Of a stretch of 64,000 nt of DNA, positions 46,001-59,001 are shown piece after piece (within the stretch, counting starts at the first letter, position 1; each line of letters opens with the position of its first letter). The position numbers and the translations under genes are program-made. The stretch is from an uncultured Myxococcales bacterium. GTDB taxonomy: Bacteria > Myxococcota_A > UBA9042 > CAIXZC01. The notes beneath the pieces are model-generated. The model worked only from the letters and a program-made list of their open reading frames with translations, did not search any database and was not told where the DNA came from. The stretch covers positions 11,298 to 75,297 of the forward strand of contig CAITUV010000043.1 of NCBI GenBank assembly GCA_903895725.1. The letters are read 5' to 3'.

Positions 46001-49000
46001 TGCCAGCATATCAAGAGCGACTGCAACGATTCGAAGAAGTGCACCAACGACTACTGCGATCCGGTCGAGGGATGCCAGAACGTGGCGGTCCAATGCAATG
46101 ACGGCAACCCCTGCACCACCGACGGCTGCAACGAAGCCACCGGCGACTGCAACAACGTGCCGAAGAACTGCGACGACGGCAACCCCTGTACGGTCGACCT
46201 GTGCAACAAGTCGAACGGCAAGTGCTACAACCCGCCGGTCAACACCGACGACGCCAACCCCTGCACCGTGGATACCTGCGACCCGGATACGGGCGCCCAG
46301 GTCCACAACTACATCGACTGCGACGACGGGAGCCCCTGCACCATCGACGTCTGCAACATCGGCAACGGGCTTTGCGAGAACATCCCGAACTCGTGCAACG
46401 ACAACAACAACTGCACCAAGGATACCTGCGACGAAGTCGTCGGCTGCGTGAACAGCAACATCTGCGGCTGCTGCCCGGCCGGCACGAACCAGCTGGACGA
46501 TTCCCTGTGCAAGGATACCGTGCCTGGCACGGGGAGCCCCAACCTGTGCACGCTCGATGCCTGCTACCTGGACGGTGCGACCAACAAGTGCCTCTGCAAG
46601 AACAACCCGGTGTCGTGCACCGATGACGGCAACAAGTGCACGTTGGAGAAATGCGACCCGGTCACCGGCAAGTGCCTGCATGAGCCGGCCCCGTGCGACG
46701 ATTCGAACAAGTGCACCATCGACGAGTGCATTCCGGCCGACGGAAGCTGCACGCATCTGCCCAAGGTGTGCAACGACCAGAACCCGTGCACCGAGGACTC
46801 GTGTGCTCCGGCCACGGGCAACTGCGTGTACAAGCCCAAGGACTGCAGCGACGGCAACTTCTGCACCAGCGACGTGTGCGTGGAAGCGACCGGAGCGTGC
46901 AAGTACACGCCGGTCGACCCGGAGGACGGGGACCTGTGCACTCTCGATTGGTGCGACCCGGTCGTCGGCATCAAGCACCAGCTCATCAGCGTGGACGACG
47001 GCAACAAGTGCACCATCGACACCTGCGACAAGGCCACCGGTGCGCCGAAGAACACGCCGGTCGACTGCGGCGACAAGAACGTGTGCACCGTGGACTACTG
47101 CGTCCCGGCCACCGGCAAGTGCATGAACGACGCCATGCCGTGCAGCGACGGCAACGCCTGCACCAAGGATGCGTGCAACCCGGCCACCGGCCTTTGCGAG
47201 TACAAGTTCTCCTGCGACGACAAGAACCTGTGCACGGACGACTTCTGCAACACCATGACCGGCTGCAGCAACGTCAACGTCAATTGCGACGACGGCAATG
47301 CCTGCACTTCGGACGTGTGTGACCAGGCCACGGGCAAGTGTGTCCACGGCAAGCTGGACTGCGACGACAAGAATGCGTGCACCATCGACCTGTGCGACCC
47401 GGCCAGCGGCGGGTGCAAGCACACGAACAAGTGTGAGGACGGCAACCCGTGCACGCTCGACGTGTGCGACCCGACCACACTGAAGTGCTCGTACAAGCCG
47501 GCGTGCGACGACTCGAGCAAGTGCACCAAGGACGACTGCAACGTCAACACCGGTGAGTGCACCTACCTGCCCGTCGACTGCAAGGACGCGAACCTCTGCA
47601 CGACGGACGAGTGCAACCCGGCCACGGGCTGCGTCAACAAGGTGAAGTCGTGTGACGATGCGGACAAGTGCACGCTGGACGTTTGCGACGGCAAGACCGG
47701 GGGGTGTGTCAACACGCCGGCCATCTGCGACGACGGGGACCTGTGCACCATCGATTCGTGCAACCCGGCCACCGGGGCCTGCACATACGAGCTGCTGTGC
47801 GACGACGGCGACGGCTGCACCGTGGACAAGTGCGTGCTGGCCGGCGGTGAGGCCACCTGCTCCCACACGCCCAAGGTGTGCAACGACAAGCTGCTGTGCA
47901 CCAGCGACTCCTGCATCAAGGATACGGGGGCCTGTGTGTTCACTCCCAAGGATTGCGGGGATACGGACCTGTGCACCGTGGACACCTGCAACGCGCTCGA
48001 CGGCACCTGCAAGCATGTTGCCAAGAACTGCAACGACAACAACAAGTGCACTTCGGACGCCTGCGACGGCGTCACCGGCAAGTGCGTCAACACGATGATG
48101 GACTGTGCGGACACCAACCTCTGCACCACTGACTACTGCGACCCGAAGACCGGGGTGTGCAAGCACGACTACAACCTCTGCAACGACAGCAACAAGTGCA
48201 CCGTCGACCTGTGCATCCTCGAGACGGGCAAGTGCCAGAACACGCCGGTCAACTGCGACGACGGGGATGCCTGCACCGACGACTCGTGCGACGGCGCCAC
48301 GGGCAGCTGCACGCACAAGACAAAGAGCTGCAATGACTCCAACCTCTGCACCACCGACTGGTGCAGCAAGGCAGACGGCTGCCACAACGACGCGAAGCTG
48401 TGCGACGACGTGAACGCCTGCACGACCAACAACTGCAACCCGGCCACGGGCGGGTGCTACTACACGCCGCTGGACTGTGACGACAAGGACCTCTGCACCA
48501 CCGATACCTGCGACAAGGCCAAGGGGTGCCAGGTTGCCAAGAAGTGCAACGACGGCTATGTGTGCACCAACGACCTCTGCAACCCGAACACCGGGGCCTG
48601 CACTTACAAGAATGCCTGCGACGACGGCGATGCCTGCACCAACGACATCCCGACGCCCAACGGCGACAAGTGCGACTGCAAGCTGGAAGCCGTGGCCTGC
48701 GACGACAAGGTGCCGTGCACGGACGATTCGTGCGACCCGGCCAAGGGATGCGTCAACGTGGCCAAGACGTGCGACGACGGCAACAAGTGCACCGTCGACA
48801 TGTGCGAGAAGGCGACGGGGATCTGCAAGAACACTCCGATCACCTGCAACGACAACGACGACTGCACGAAGGATTCCTGCGCGGCGGAGACCGGGAGCTG
48901 TGACTACACTCCGGCCTGCGACGACGGGATCAAGTGCACCGTGGACAACTGCAGCCCGGGGGCCGGAGTGCCGGATGGCAAGTTCACCTGCGACATCAAG

Positions 49001-52000
49001 CCCAAGGCCTGCGACGACAGCAACAAGTGCACCGTGGATTCCTGCGACGAGGAGACGGGCAACTGCGTGTACCAGGAGCTCGACAAGGACGACGGCAACG
49101 CGTGCACCGTGGACATCTGCAACCCCATCACGGCGGAGGTCTACCACGTAGCGCTCGACTGCAACGACTTCAACGCCTGCACCATGGACTCGTGCAACCC
49201 GGATACCGGCTGCGTGAACACGGCCATGGACTGCGACGACAAGGACCTGTGCACCTTCGACTACTGCGACCCGTCCCTGGGCGTCTGCAAGCACGACCCC
49301 AAGCAGTGCGAGGATGCCAACGCCTGCACGACGGACTACTGCGACCTGGCCACGGGCAAGTGCGTGAATCAGCCCAAAAAGTGCGACGATGGCAATGCCT
49401 GCACCGAGGATGTCTGCCAGGCAGCGACCGGTCAGTGCAAGTACCTCGTCAAGAACTGCGATGACGGCAATGCCTGCACGGCGGACACCTGCGACGCCCA
49501 GAGCGGATGCTCCAACGTGGCCAAGGTGTGCAAGGACAACAGCGCCTGCACGGTGGACGGATGCAACGCTCAGACGGGGCTGTGCGAATACAAGCCGGTG
49601 GACTGCAACGACTTCAGCATGTGCACCGACGATGCCTGCGACCCGGACCCGGCCGTGGGCTGCTACCACATCTCCATCTGCAACGACACGAACCCTTGCA
49701 CGACAGACCTGTGCGATGAGAAGACCGGCAAGTGCACCTACACGCCGGCCTGCGACGACGGCAATGCCTGTACGTTCGACGATTGCAAGATTGATTCGGG
49801 CGCATGCACGCACGAGGCGATCAACTGCAACGACAACAACCTCTGCACCGCGGACAGCTGCGACAAAGCCAAGGGGTGCGTGAACGCCTGGAATAACTGC
49901 GACGACGGCAACAAGTGCACGGTGGACACGTGCGACCCGGCCAACGGCAAGTGCCTGAACGACCCGAAGGACTGCGGCGACGACGACATCTGCAGCGACG
50001 ACCTTTGCGACACCAAGACCGGCGAGTGCAAGCACACGCTCCACTGCGACGACAAGAACCTCTGCACCACCGACTTCTGCAACACGGTGACCGGAGCCTG
50101 CACTTACGAGACCGTGGTGTGCAACGACGGTGACAAGTGCACGGTGGACACGTGCGACCCGCTGACGGGTGCCTGCAATTACTCCTCCACCGCGTGCGAC
50201 GACAAGGACGCCTGCACCAACGACTTCTGCAAGCCGGCCGACGGCACGTGCTCCTACGTGGCGGTGGGCTGCATCGACGCGGACCCGTGCACCGACGACT
50301 CATGTGACAAGGTGAAGGGCTGCCTCCACACGGCCAAGGTGTGCGACGACAAGGATCTGTGCACCAACGACTTCTGCAATCCGGCGAGCGGGGCCTGTAC
50401 CTACCAGAGCAAGAAGTGCAACGACGGTGACCCCAAGACCTGGGACTCCTGTGACGTGGCCACGGGCGAGTGCGTCTACAAGCCGTGCGCCTGCGACGAC
50501 GGGAACAAGTGCACCGACGACTCCTGCGACAACACCGGCAAGTGCGTCTACACGACGACCAACTGCGACGACAAGGATGCCTGCACCACGGACATCTGCA
50601 CTGCGGACAAGGGTTGCCAGTACCAGAACAAAGACTGTTCCGACGGCAACGCGTGCACCGACGACGTCTGCAACAAGGACACGGGCATCTGCTCGAACCT
50701 GGCCAAGTCGTGCGACGACAAGAACATCTGCACGAAGGATTCCTGCGACCCGAAGCTGGGGTGCCAGAACCTGGCGGCCTGCGATGACGGATATGCCTGC
50801 ACGACCGACGTGTGCAACCCGGCCGACGGCAAGTGCACCTACAAGCCCAAGTGCGAGGATTCCAACGCGTGCACGAAGGACACGTGCGACGTGGCCACGG
50901 GCAACTGCACGAACGTGGCCATCTCGTGCGACGACAAGAACCCGTGCACCGACGACGCGTGCAACCCGGCCGTGGGATGCGTGAGCACTCCCAAGGTCTG
51001 CTCCGACTCGAACCTGTGCACGACCGATTCGTGCAAGGCCGACACGGGCGATTGCGTGTTCACTCCCAAGAGCTGTGACGACGTGAACCCGTGCACCCTG
51101 GACAGCTGCGATGCGGCCACGGGCAAGTGCAGCTACAAGCCCAAGTGCGACGATTTCAAGAACTGCACCACGGACACTTGCAATGCGGCGACGGGGGCCT
51201 GCGCCAACACGCCGGTGGTCTGCAACGACAACGCTCCGTGCACCACCGACACCTGCGACGAGGCCACGGGCAAGTGCACCTACAAAATGAAGGACTGCGA
51301 CGACAAGAACGCGTGCACCGACGACCTGTGCGACCCGCTCACCACCAACTGCGTCAACGTGGTCAAGAGCTGCAACGACAACAACAACTGCACCGACGAC
51401 TCCTGCGACCCGGCGACGGGCTGCAAGAACGTGGCCAAGACCTGTGACGACGGCAACAAGTGCACGTCGGACACCTGCAACCCGAGCAACGGGCAGTGCG
51501 ACAACATCCTCAAGACCTGTGCGGACAACAACAAGTGCACGGTGGATTACTGCGACCAGAATACCGGCAGCTGCGTCTACCAACCCCAGGTCTGCGACGA
51601 CAAGAACAACTGCACCGACGACTCGTGCGACACGCTGACCGGCGAGTGCAAGTACACCACGAAGAATTGCGACGACAAGAGCAAGTGCACCACCGACTTC
51701 TGCGATGCGCAGCTCGGCTGCGTCAACCAGATGAAGGATTGCAGCGACGGCAACGCCTGCACCGAGGACTCGTGCGACGCGGTTACCGGCCTGTGCAAGA
51801 ACACCACCATGGATTGCAAGGACGGCAACCCGTGCACGCTGGACAAGTGCGAGCCGGACAAGGGGTGCGTCTGGACCTCCAAGTGTGAGGACGGGCTCAA
51901 GTGCACCACTGACCTGTGCAATCCGCTGGACGGCGCCTGCACTTACAAGCAGAAGTGCGACGACTCGAACTTCTGCACGACCGACGTCTGCAAGGAGACC

Positions 52001-55000
52001 GACGGAAGCTGCTCGACGACTCCCGTCAACTGCGATGACAAGAACCTGTGCACGAACGATTCGTGCGACCCGACCAAGGGGTGCGTCAACACGCTGAAGT
52101 CGTGCGACGACAAGAACCCGTGCACGGACGACAAGTGCGATGCGTTGACGGGCAACTGCTCCAACACGGCCAAGGTCTGCGACGACAAGGACATCTGCAC
52201 GACGGACAGCTGCGACCCGGTCTCGGGCGTCTGCAAGTTCGCCAGCAAGTGCGAAGATGGGAACAAGTGCACGGTCGACTCGTGCGATCCGGCCCAGGGA
52301 GGCAAGTGCACGAGCGTACCGCTGGTCTGCGACGACAAGAGCAAGTGCACGGACGACAAGTGCGACCCGGCCAGCGGGAACTGCGTGTTCACCGCCAAGG
52401 CATGCGACGACGGCCTCAAGTGCACGGACAACAAGTGTGATCCGCTGACGGGCAACTGCTCGTTCCCGCCCAAGGAGTGCGACGACAAGAACATCTGCAC
52501 GACCGACTACTGTGATGCGGCAACGGGCAACTGCGTCAACGACCCCAAGAACTGCGGGGACAACAACCTCTGCACCACGGACTCGTGCGACATGGTCAAC
52601 GGCGGCTGCATCAACGCCCCGAAGGACTGCAACGACAACAACCCGTGCACCAACGACACCTGCAATGCGGCGGACGGCAAGTGCGCCAACACTCCGATTC
52701 CGTGCAACGACAGCAACGCCTGCACGGACGACAAGTGCGTCAACGGCCAGTGCCAGTACACGACCAAGGTCTGCAGCAAGCCGGACAAGTGCCTGGTCAC
52801 CGGCTGTGACCCGCAGACCGGTTGCTGGGAGAAGGCCAAGGACTGCAACGACGGCAACGCGTGCTTCGATGACCTGTGCGATCCGTCGTCGGGCAACTGC
52901 CTGCACCCGGCCGTGGACTGCAACGACAACAACCTCTGCACGGTGGATTCGTGCGACCCGGGTGCCACGGGCAAGGCCAACGGCTGCGAGAACAAGCTGA
53001 TGGTTTGTGACGACAAGAACCCGTGCACGACCGACACGTGCGATCCGGCGACGGGCAACTGCAAGAACGTCAACTACTGTGACGACGGCTTGAAGTGCAC
53101 CACGGAACAGTGCGACCCGGCCACCCTGCAGTGCACCTTCCTGCCGAAGAACTGCGACGATGGCGACAAGTGCACTTCGGATTCCTGTTCTGAGGTCAAG
53201 GGCGGCGCGTGCGTCAACCAGGTCAAGGACTGTGTGGACTACGTCGACCCGGCCAAGACCGTCCCTGACCTGTGCACTCTCGACAGTTGCGACAAGGGCA
53301 CCGGCGAATGCCTCCACGAGCAGAAGAACTGCAACGACAACAACATCTGCACTGCGGACTCCTGCAACAAGCTGACCGGCGAGTGCAAGTACGCTCCGTC
53401 CTGCTCGGACAACAATAAGTGCACGACCGACTTCTGCGATGCGCAGACGGGTGCCTGCTCGCACCAGAACGTGGTCTGCGACGACAAGAACCCGTGCACG
53501 ACCGATTCGTGCGACGTGCTGACGGGAAGCTGCAAGTACACGGCGATCAAGTGCTCGGACGGCGATGCCTGCACGCAGGATGTCTGCTCGCCCAACGGCC
53601 AGGGCGGATTCGTCTGCACCAACCCGCCGTGGGACTGCAACGACGCCAACCCGTGCACGGTCGATTCGTGCAACAAGACCGACCCGGATGGCAACGGCTG
53701 CATGAACCAGGCCAAGGTGTGCGACGACAAGAACCTGTGCACCGTCGATGCCTGCGATCCGAAGTCGGGTGACTGCACCTACAATGCCAAGAATTGCGGC
53801 GACGGCAACCCGTGCACGGTGGATCTCTGCGACAACGGCACCGGCAACTGCTCCAACTCGCCGCTCGTCTGCGACGATGCCAGCAAGTGCACCACGGACA
53901 AGTGCGACCCGGCCACCGGGAACTGCATCTACACGGCCATCTCGTGCGACGACGGCAAGAAGTGCACCAACGACACCTGCGACCCGTCGGTGGGCTGCAA
54001 GAACCACCCGAAGGAATGCATCCCGAACCCGGCCGACCCGTGCATGACCTACGGATGCACCGAGCTGACCGGCAACTGCTTCCAGGAGACGAAGAACTGC
54101 GACGACAAGGACCCGTGCACTACGGGGGACTACTGCGACCCGGATTCGGGCGGCTGCGTCAACGTGGCCATGGTCTGCAACGACGGCAACAAGTGCACCG
54201 ACGACAAGTGCGGGCCCGATCCGCTGGCCCCGACCAAGGGCAAGTGCTTCTTCACGACCGTGAGCTGCGACGACAACAACGCCTGTACCGACGACTCGTG
54301 CGATCCCGTCAAGGGGTGCCAGAACAAGGCCAAGGCGGGCGTGCAGTGCACGTCCGAGGCCCAGTGCGGCGACGGCAGCCTCTGCACCAACGACGTGTGC
54401 GACACGACCGTCACCTGCAAGTGCTCCAACCCGACCAAGAGCTGCAACGACAGCAACTGCTGCACGGTGGACTCGTGCGACCCGGCCAAGGGGTGCGTCA
54501 ACGCCATCCAGTACGACGGGTGTGCGGTGTGCAAGCTCGACAAGGACTGCCTGGTCGAGTGTCCCAAGATCAACGGCGTCCCCATCTCGCCGGACGACCC
54601 GGTTACCGGCAAGTGCGACCCCGATACCAAGGTGGTCTACGATGCCAAGGGGGTGCCTCACATCCAGCGCACGGCCTGCACCACGTGGTACTGCGACCTG
54701 GCCGCTCAGGGCTGCGGTACCGGCTCGGGCAAGTGCTCCTACACGATCAAGGACTGCAGCGACAACAACGTCTGCACCCTCGACTTCTGTATTCCCGACG
54801 GAGCCAATGCCGGCGAGTGCCTGCACGAGGCCAACCCGCTGTGCTGCACGGCCAAGACCGATCCTCCGCTGATGGAGGAAGACCCGGCCTGGGACCCGGC
54901 CAAGTCACTCTGCTTCGACGACGACCCGTGCACGACGGACTTCTGCGACTACGACACGGGGAGCTGCTACTACGAGCCCGTCGTCTGCTTCGACGGCAAC

Positions 55001-57283
55001 GAGTGCACCATCGACGCGTGCGTCTCGGACAAGGGCGGCTGCGTCTACACGGGCATCGAGAACTGCCGGTACACCTGCTACAACGATTACGACTGCCGCT
55101 TCGACCACGGCAAGAACATCGGCGAGGTCTGTGACGATGGCAACACGGTATCGGGCGACGGCTGCCGGAAGGACTGCCGGAGCGCCGAGACGTGCGGCAA
55201 CGGCGCAGTCGACACGGCCAAGGCCGAGGAGTGCGACGATGGCAACACGGCGGCCGGCGACGGCTGCTCTGCCACCTGCAAGCTCGAGATTGCCGCCACC
55301 TGCGGCAACGGCAAGATTGATGCCGGCGAGGCCTGCGACGATGCCAACAAGGTCAGCAAGGACGGCTGCCGGAAGGACTGCAAGAGCAAGGAGACCTGCG
55401 GCAACGGCCTCGTCGACACGGAGAAGGGCGAGGAGTGCGACGACGGCAACAAGATTCCGGGCGACGGCTGCGGCAACACCTGCAAGCTCGTGCCCGACAT
55501 GGCCTGCGGCAACATGCTGGAGGACCCGGCCGACGTGGACTTCCTGTGCAGCACCGAGTACTGCACGTTCACGGCCGACCCGTTTGGAACCTGCATCTAC
55601 GAGACGCTCGAGTGCGACGACGGACACGCCTGTACGGACTTCGTCGAGTGCGCACCGGCTTCCGGCTGCCAGCACGTGCCGGTCGTGGGCTGCAATGATA
55701 CCTCGTGCGTCAAGCCTCAGGGCCAGGAAGCCCAGGCACCGGAGTGCTTCGACGACAACCTGTGCACGGGCGACACCTGCGGTGAGGATGGCAAGTGCAT
55801 CGTCCTACTGATCCCGTGCGACGACAACGACGGTTGCACCATGGACTGGTGCGATCCCAAGACCGGCTCGTGCATGCACAAGCAGGCGGCCAACTGCGTC
55901 TCCGACTGCACGCAGCTCGGGGGCAACTCGGCCTGCAACGACAACGACTTCTGCACGGTCGACGAGTGCGACGAGTTCAACGGCGTCTGCAAGTACAACC
56001 TGCTCGAGTGCGACGACCATGACGTCTGCACGACCGACACGTGCGATGCCGCAACCGGGTGCAAGTTCACCACCATCGCCAACTGCAAGGGCTGCTCAGT
56101 GGACAAGGATTGCGACGACGGCAACGTCTGCACCATGGACCGCTGCCGTGAGGCCAATCCGCTCAGCCTCGACGACGCCAACTACATCGGCGACGGGTTC
56201 CAGCACCCGGCCAAGTACTGCACCTACCGGTCGGTTTGCGCCAGCTGCACGACCGATGCGGACTGCACGGCCGCCATGGCCGACAACCTCTGCATCACCA
56301 GTGCCAAGTGCAACGTCGCCACCGGGTTCTGCGACCTCAAGATCACTCAGTGCGACGACAAGGACCCGTGCACCGAGGACGAGTGCAACATCTTCACCGG
56401 CGAGTGCGTCAACGCCCCGGTCGCCAACTGCTGCGACACCATCGAGGACTGCGTGGACACCAATCCCTGCACCGGGCGCTGGTGCGACACGACCGCCAAG
56501 GAGTGCAACTTCCCGTACTACCTGTGCGACGACTGGGATCCGTGCACGGCAGATTCCTGCGACTACTTCACGGGCAACTGCAAGCACGAAGACCTGGCCA
56601 ATTGCTTCGACGAGTGCGAGAAGGATCTGGACTGCCGCTACCACGCGGACCCGGTCAACTGGTGCTCGGTCCCGACCTGCGATCTGGATGCCAAGACCAT
56701 GAGCATGAAGTGCAACTACGCTGTGCTGGAGTGCTCGGACGCTTTGGCCTGCACGACGCAGGACTGCCTGTCCAACTTCGGATGCATCTTCTTCCCCGAC
56801 ACGCCGTGCGACGTGGTCTGCACCAAGGATTCCGACTGCAACGACGGCGACCTTTGCTCCACCGACACGTGTGACAAGGCCAAGGGCGAGTGCAAGTACG
56901 AGGCCGTGGTCTGCGACGACGGCAACGAGTGCACCTACAAGGAGTGCGACAACCGGACCGGCAAGTGCGTGTTCACCGAGTGCCCGGATTGCAAGTGCGA
57001 GAACTGCTCTCTGCACGAGCCCGGCTTCTGTGACGACGGCAACGTCTGCACGACGGATTCCTGCCCCGAGGGCGACTTCCCGACCTGCAAGCACCGTTGG
57101 TTGACCTGCAACGACGGCAACCCCTGCACGCAGGACGTCTGCGATCCGGTCAAGGGCTGCACGGCCGTGCCCATCGAGAAGTGCATCGGCTGTACCAGCG
57201 ATTCCGCCTGCGACGATGGAAACGACTGCACCATCGACATGTGCACCGACAACTCCTGCGAGCACGTATACATCTGCGGCTAA
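43079..57283 (+). CDS. giant (about 4,734 aa) cysteine-rich repeat lipoprotein: Dictyostelium-type CTDC repeats plus Myxococcus cysteine-rich repeats
   Basis: ORF 42884..57283; ATG 43079 after GAGGAGGGTG; lipoprotein signal [28 protein letters not shown]; more than 100 degenerate units of C-x-D-x-N-x-C-T-x-D-x-C-(D/N)-P-x-T-G-x-C; near aa 4080-4200 about four units of CGNGxxDxxEECDDGNxxxGDGC; uninterrupted frame across 14.2 kb. Confidence 0.85.
43830..55100 (+). repeat. coding tandem array of degenerate CTDC-type repeats (about 75-90 nt period) inside the giant gene
   Basis: Recurrent tgcgacgac...aac..tgcac...gac..tgcgacccg..accggc..tgc motif throughout; units diverge at synonymous and non-synonymous sites; boundaries approximate. 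Confidence 0.6.
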
Positions 57284-57300
57284 CGCTCCGCCGGCATCTC

Positions 57301-57334
57301 CGCTCAGCCTGTCGAACTTTCGGCGGGCTGAGCG
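57301..57334 (+). terminator. GC-rich hairpin downstream of the giant gene (possible intrinsic terminator, no U-tract)
   Basis: Inverted repeat CGCTCAGCC (57301..57309) / GGCTGAGCG (57326..57334) with a 16-nt loop, 18 nt after the stop codon. Confidence 0.3.
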
Positions 57335-57354
57335 TGTAGCTGTCCCTCCCACTT

Positions 57355-57503
57355 AGTTGGGGCTGTGTGCCGCCAGTCTCCGCATAGTCGGGGCTGTATG
57401 CCGCGACCGTCAGCGTGGTGGGGGATATGTGCCACCAGTCTCCGCGTGGTGGGGGTTATGAGCCACCGGCATGGAATGCCGGTGATGATTGTCGCTCCAC
57501 AGG
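57355..57503. repeat. composite interspersed repeat element, copy B (three truncated units plus one full unit)
   Basis: GGGGCTGTGTGCCGCCAGTCTCCGC-like unit occurs three times, followed by a full unit gcgtggtgggggttatgagccaccggcatggaatgccggtgatgattgtcgctccacagg matching 29071..29130; contains palindrome CCGGCAT-gga-ATGCCGG. Confidence 0.6.
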
Positions 57504-57634
57504 ACCTTTCAGCTGCCGGGCCAGCCTCCTCGACTTCTCCACTTTCAGCTTCACCAGTCCTTGCAGCGGGGAGTGGTAGTCTTCGCAGAGCAGGCTCGGT
57601 CGTCGCAGTCGACGTCGGTCGATGCAGTCGCGGA

Positions 57635-58870
57635 TCAGTCTTCGCAGTCGGGGGTTTCGAGAAGCTGGCCGTCACGGATGACGCGGCAGGAGGCGAGGAA
57701 GGGGTCTGCAACGTCCTCGGGGGCCAGGGAGGGGTGGAGAACCCAGGAGCGAAGGAACGCTGCGACCGAGGGAGCCGGTCGGAGGCTTCGGGGGGATCCG
57801 TTGACGAGGATACTGACCGTGTCGTCCGGGTCGGAGAGCTGAGAGACGCGTACCCACACATCCAGATGGCGGACCCGGTCGACGTGGGACACCTCGACGG
57901 AGCAGCCCTGGTCGGAGCAGGCAGTGGACACGGTGTGGTTGTCGCCCTGGAGAGACACGAAGCCGAGGATCCGCCGTTCCGCGTCGAACGGTGCGGTCAC
58001 GCGGAGTTGGTCGTCGTCGGGGAGCGTGAGTGTCGAGAGGAAGTCCAGCACGTCCTGGTTGCTCTGGGGGTAGAAGTCGTGTTCCCCGGGGTACTCGACG
58101 TAGCGGTGATGCACATCGAGGCGCTTGAGGACATCCACGGCCAGGCGGGCCTGCTTGATGCCGCACTTGGAGTCCTCGACTGCGTGGATGACGTAGACGC
58201 CCCGGCCCCTGAGGTTGGCGAGTTCGGCATCGGTCACTCTCCGGATTCCGCAACGGACGACGATACCGGCGAAGATGTCCGGGTGGCGCGAGCCGATGTT
58301 CCAGGTCCCCGTGGCGCCGGCCGAATACCCGTTGAGATAGATCCGGCTTCGGTCGACGCGGAAACGGACCACGGCATCGCGGAATGCCTCGAAGAAGGCC
58401 TCCTCGCCGACTTCCCGGTGCCATCGTCCGCCGTCCAGGTTCGGTGAGATGAGGATGAAGCCGCGCCGAGAGGCTTCACCGCGCCAGTACTTGTAGTGCA
58501 CACGTTCGCAGTGCCTAGGCGGGTTGCCGTGGAGCGAGAAGATCGTCGGCCACTCCCGGTCAGTGCCGTAGCCTTCGGGCAGCTCGTACAGGTAGTAGCT
58601 TCCCGAGGGGAGGTCAACGCGACCCGAGAGCTCGGCCGGGACGTTCCGGTAGGGGGCCGCGACGGGAAGGAGGTGGAGAAGCTCGGCAACGTTCCATTGC
58701 CGAATCCTCTCGGCGACCTCTGCAGTCGGGCGGATGAGGAAGGCCGACAGCTCCTTGCCCCGGGGGTCCTTGGCAAGCAGGGCCGGTTGCCCGGCGATTC
58801 CAGCCAGTGAAACGAGAAGCAGCAGGTGGTTCAGTCCGTAGGCAATCATGACATGAATCGTACGCTGCAC
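57635..58870 (-). CDS. secreted alpha/beta-hydrolase fold esterase (PHB-depolymerase/LpqC-like)
   Basis: GTG start (plus cac 58868..58870), alternative ATG 58849; signal peptide MIAYGLNHLLLLVSLAGIAG; nucleophile elbow GYSAG in IYLNGYSAGATG. Confidence 0.7.
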   Translation of the reverse strand: MQRTIHVMIAYGLNHLLLLVSLAGIAGQPALLAKDPRGKELSAFLIRPTAEVAERIRQWNVAELLHLLPVAAPYRNVPAELSGRVDLPSGSYYLYELPEGYGTDREWPTIFSLHGNPPRHCERVHYKYWRGEASRRGFILISPNLDGGRWHREVGEEAFFEAFRDAVVRFRVDRSRIYLNGYSAGATGTWNIGSRHPDIFAGIVVRCGIRRVTDAELANLRGRGVYVIHAVEDSKCGIKQARLAVDVLKRLDVHHRYVEYPGEHDFYPQSNQDVLDFLSTLTLPDDDQLRVTAPFDAERRILGFVSLQGDNHTVSTACSDQGCSVEVSHVDRVRHLDVWVRVSQLSDPDDTVSILVNGSPRSLRPAPSVAAFLRSWVLHPSLAPEDVADPFLASCRVIRDGQLLETPDCED

Positions 58871-59001
58871 GCGACGCGTGTCAAAACTCCGTGCCTTACG
58901 GGGGCACGTCGCACAGCACCTATTCTTGACGACGGACCCAGGATGCAGTTAAATGCACGTTCGATTTGGTAGGTAGCAGCTGCCTGCGCCGGGGAGGCGG
59001 A

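Noticed and set aside
42950-50044. 2,364-aa minus-strand ORF (and 50300..54826 minus, 1,508 aa) antisense to the giant gene
   Set aside because: Low-complexity R/A/G/V-rich translation with no repeat logic, signal or RBS; long antisense frames are expected opposite GC-rich coding sequence whose sense frame carries the clear Cys-repeat architecture.
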